Shown here: positions 63,836-64,000 of the stretch, one piece after another
Layout: every line of letters begins with the position of its first letter
Position numbering within the stretch: the first letter of the stretch is position 1
From: Patescibacteria group bacterium
Lineage (GTDB): Bacteria > Patescibacteriota > Patescibacteriia > UBA1558 > GWA2-36-10
Direction of reading: 5' to 3'
Assembly: GCA_041665545.1 (NCBI GenBank)
Contig: JBAYIQ010000001.1
Span: 137,911-201,910 of the forward strand
DNA: 64,000 nucleotides
Notes under the pieces: generated by a model
The model's database searches: none
Seen by the model: only the letters and a program-made list of their open reading frames with translations
What the model was told of the DNA's origin: nothing
Program-made: the position numbers and the translations under genes

Positions 63836-64000
63836 CCCACACAGTTCGCCATACTTCTTGGGTAATAAATTGTTGCGTAAAATCGAATTTTCTAGAGATT
63901 TTTTTTAGAAAAAAAAGACCCTATTCTAACCCGGGTCTTGTGAGGGGTTTTACTGGCCTTAAGCCAGCAGCACAGGAAGGAGAATGATCACAAACTCCGT

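Noticed and set aside
1-64000. CRISPR arrays, rRNA genes, IS elements with transposase, alternative genetic code (UGA recoding)
   Set aside because: No regularly spaced direct repeats, no rRNA-like conserved segments and no transposase/integrase ORF. Long uninterrupted ORFs under the standard code argue against code 25/4.

Overview
AT-rich (about 33-35% GC), gene-dense bacterial chromosome segment with a Candidate Phyla Radiation / Patescibacteria-like gene set, standard genetic code. Recognisable genes: lexA, rpmA, an ftsB-(SurA-like)-(RlpA-like)-ftsE-ftsX operon, corA, dus, mutM, fba, tpiA, a D-Ala-D-Ala carboxypeptidase, rluB, scpB, scpA, aspS, asnS, a [FeFe]-hydrogenase HydA plus NuoF-like flavoprotein, an SDR reductase, capA, an ABC exporter, a copper module (csoR-copA-permease/cupredoxin-copZ), a second P-type ATPase, argS, an ODC-like decarboxylase, dnaB, ybaB, recR, rplU, and a dcw cluster (mraZ-rsmH-ftsL-ftsI-murF). 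RNA genes: six minus-strand tRNAs (Thr-GGT, Tyr-GTA, Thr-CGT, Lys-TTT, Val-CAC, Glu-CTC) and a candidate RNase P RNA at 29762-30110. Five findings lie outside ordinary gene lists. (1) A roughly 125-133 nt pseudoknot-capable structured element starts immediately after the encoded CCA of tRNA-Thr(GGT), tRNA-Tyr and tRNA-Lys and is followed by a terminator where flanks are visible; a truncated fourth copy follows an ACCA-ended structured element 3' of tRNA-Val (58140-58224). Two full copies show compensatory changes. (2) Degenerate 5'-half copies of tRNA-Tyr, tRNA-Thr(CGT) and tRNA-Glu, each interrupted by GC-rich hairpin inserts, sit upstream of the intact tRNAs; one also flanks a GIY-YIG nuclease gene. 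(3) Several strongly GC-rich 'moron-like' cassettes each carry a consensus TTGACA-17-TATAAT promoter, a strong Shine-Dalgarno and a GC hairpin terminator. Cargo includes an SPFH-domain protein, a DHH/DHHA1 phosphoesterase, a small Cys-rich protein and a YGWGI-repeat protein. (4) Two further GC-rich structured intergenic elements: 25990-26340, and a 168-nt palindrome at 37312-37479. (5) Three perfect TTATCCACA DnaA boxes lie upstream of mraZ at the window edge.
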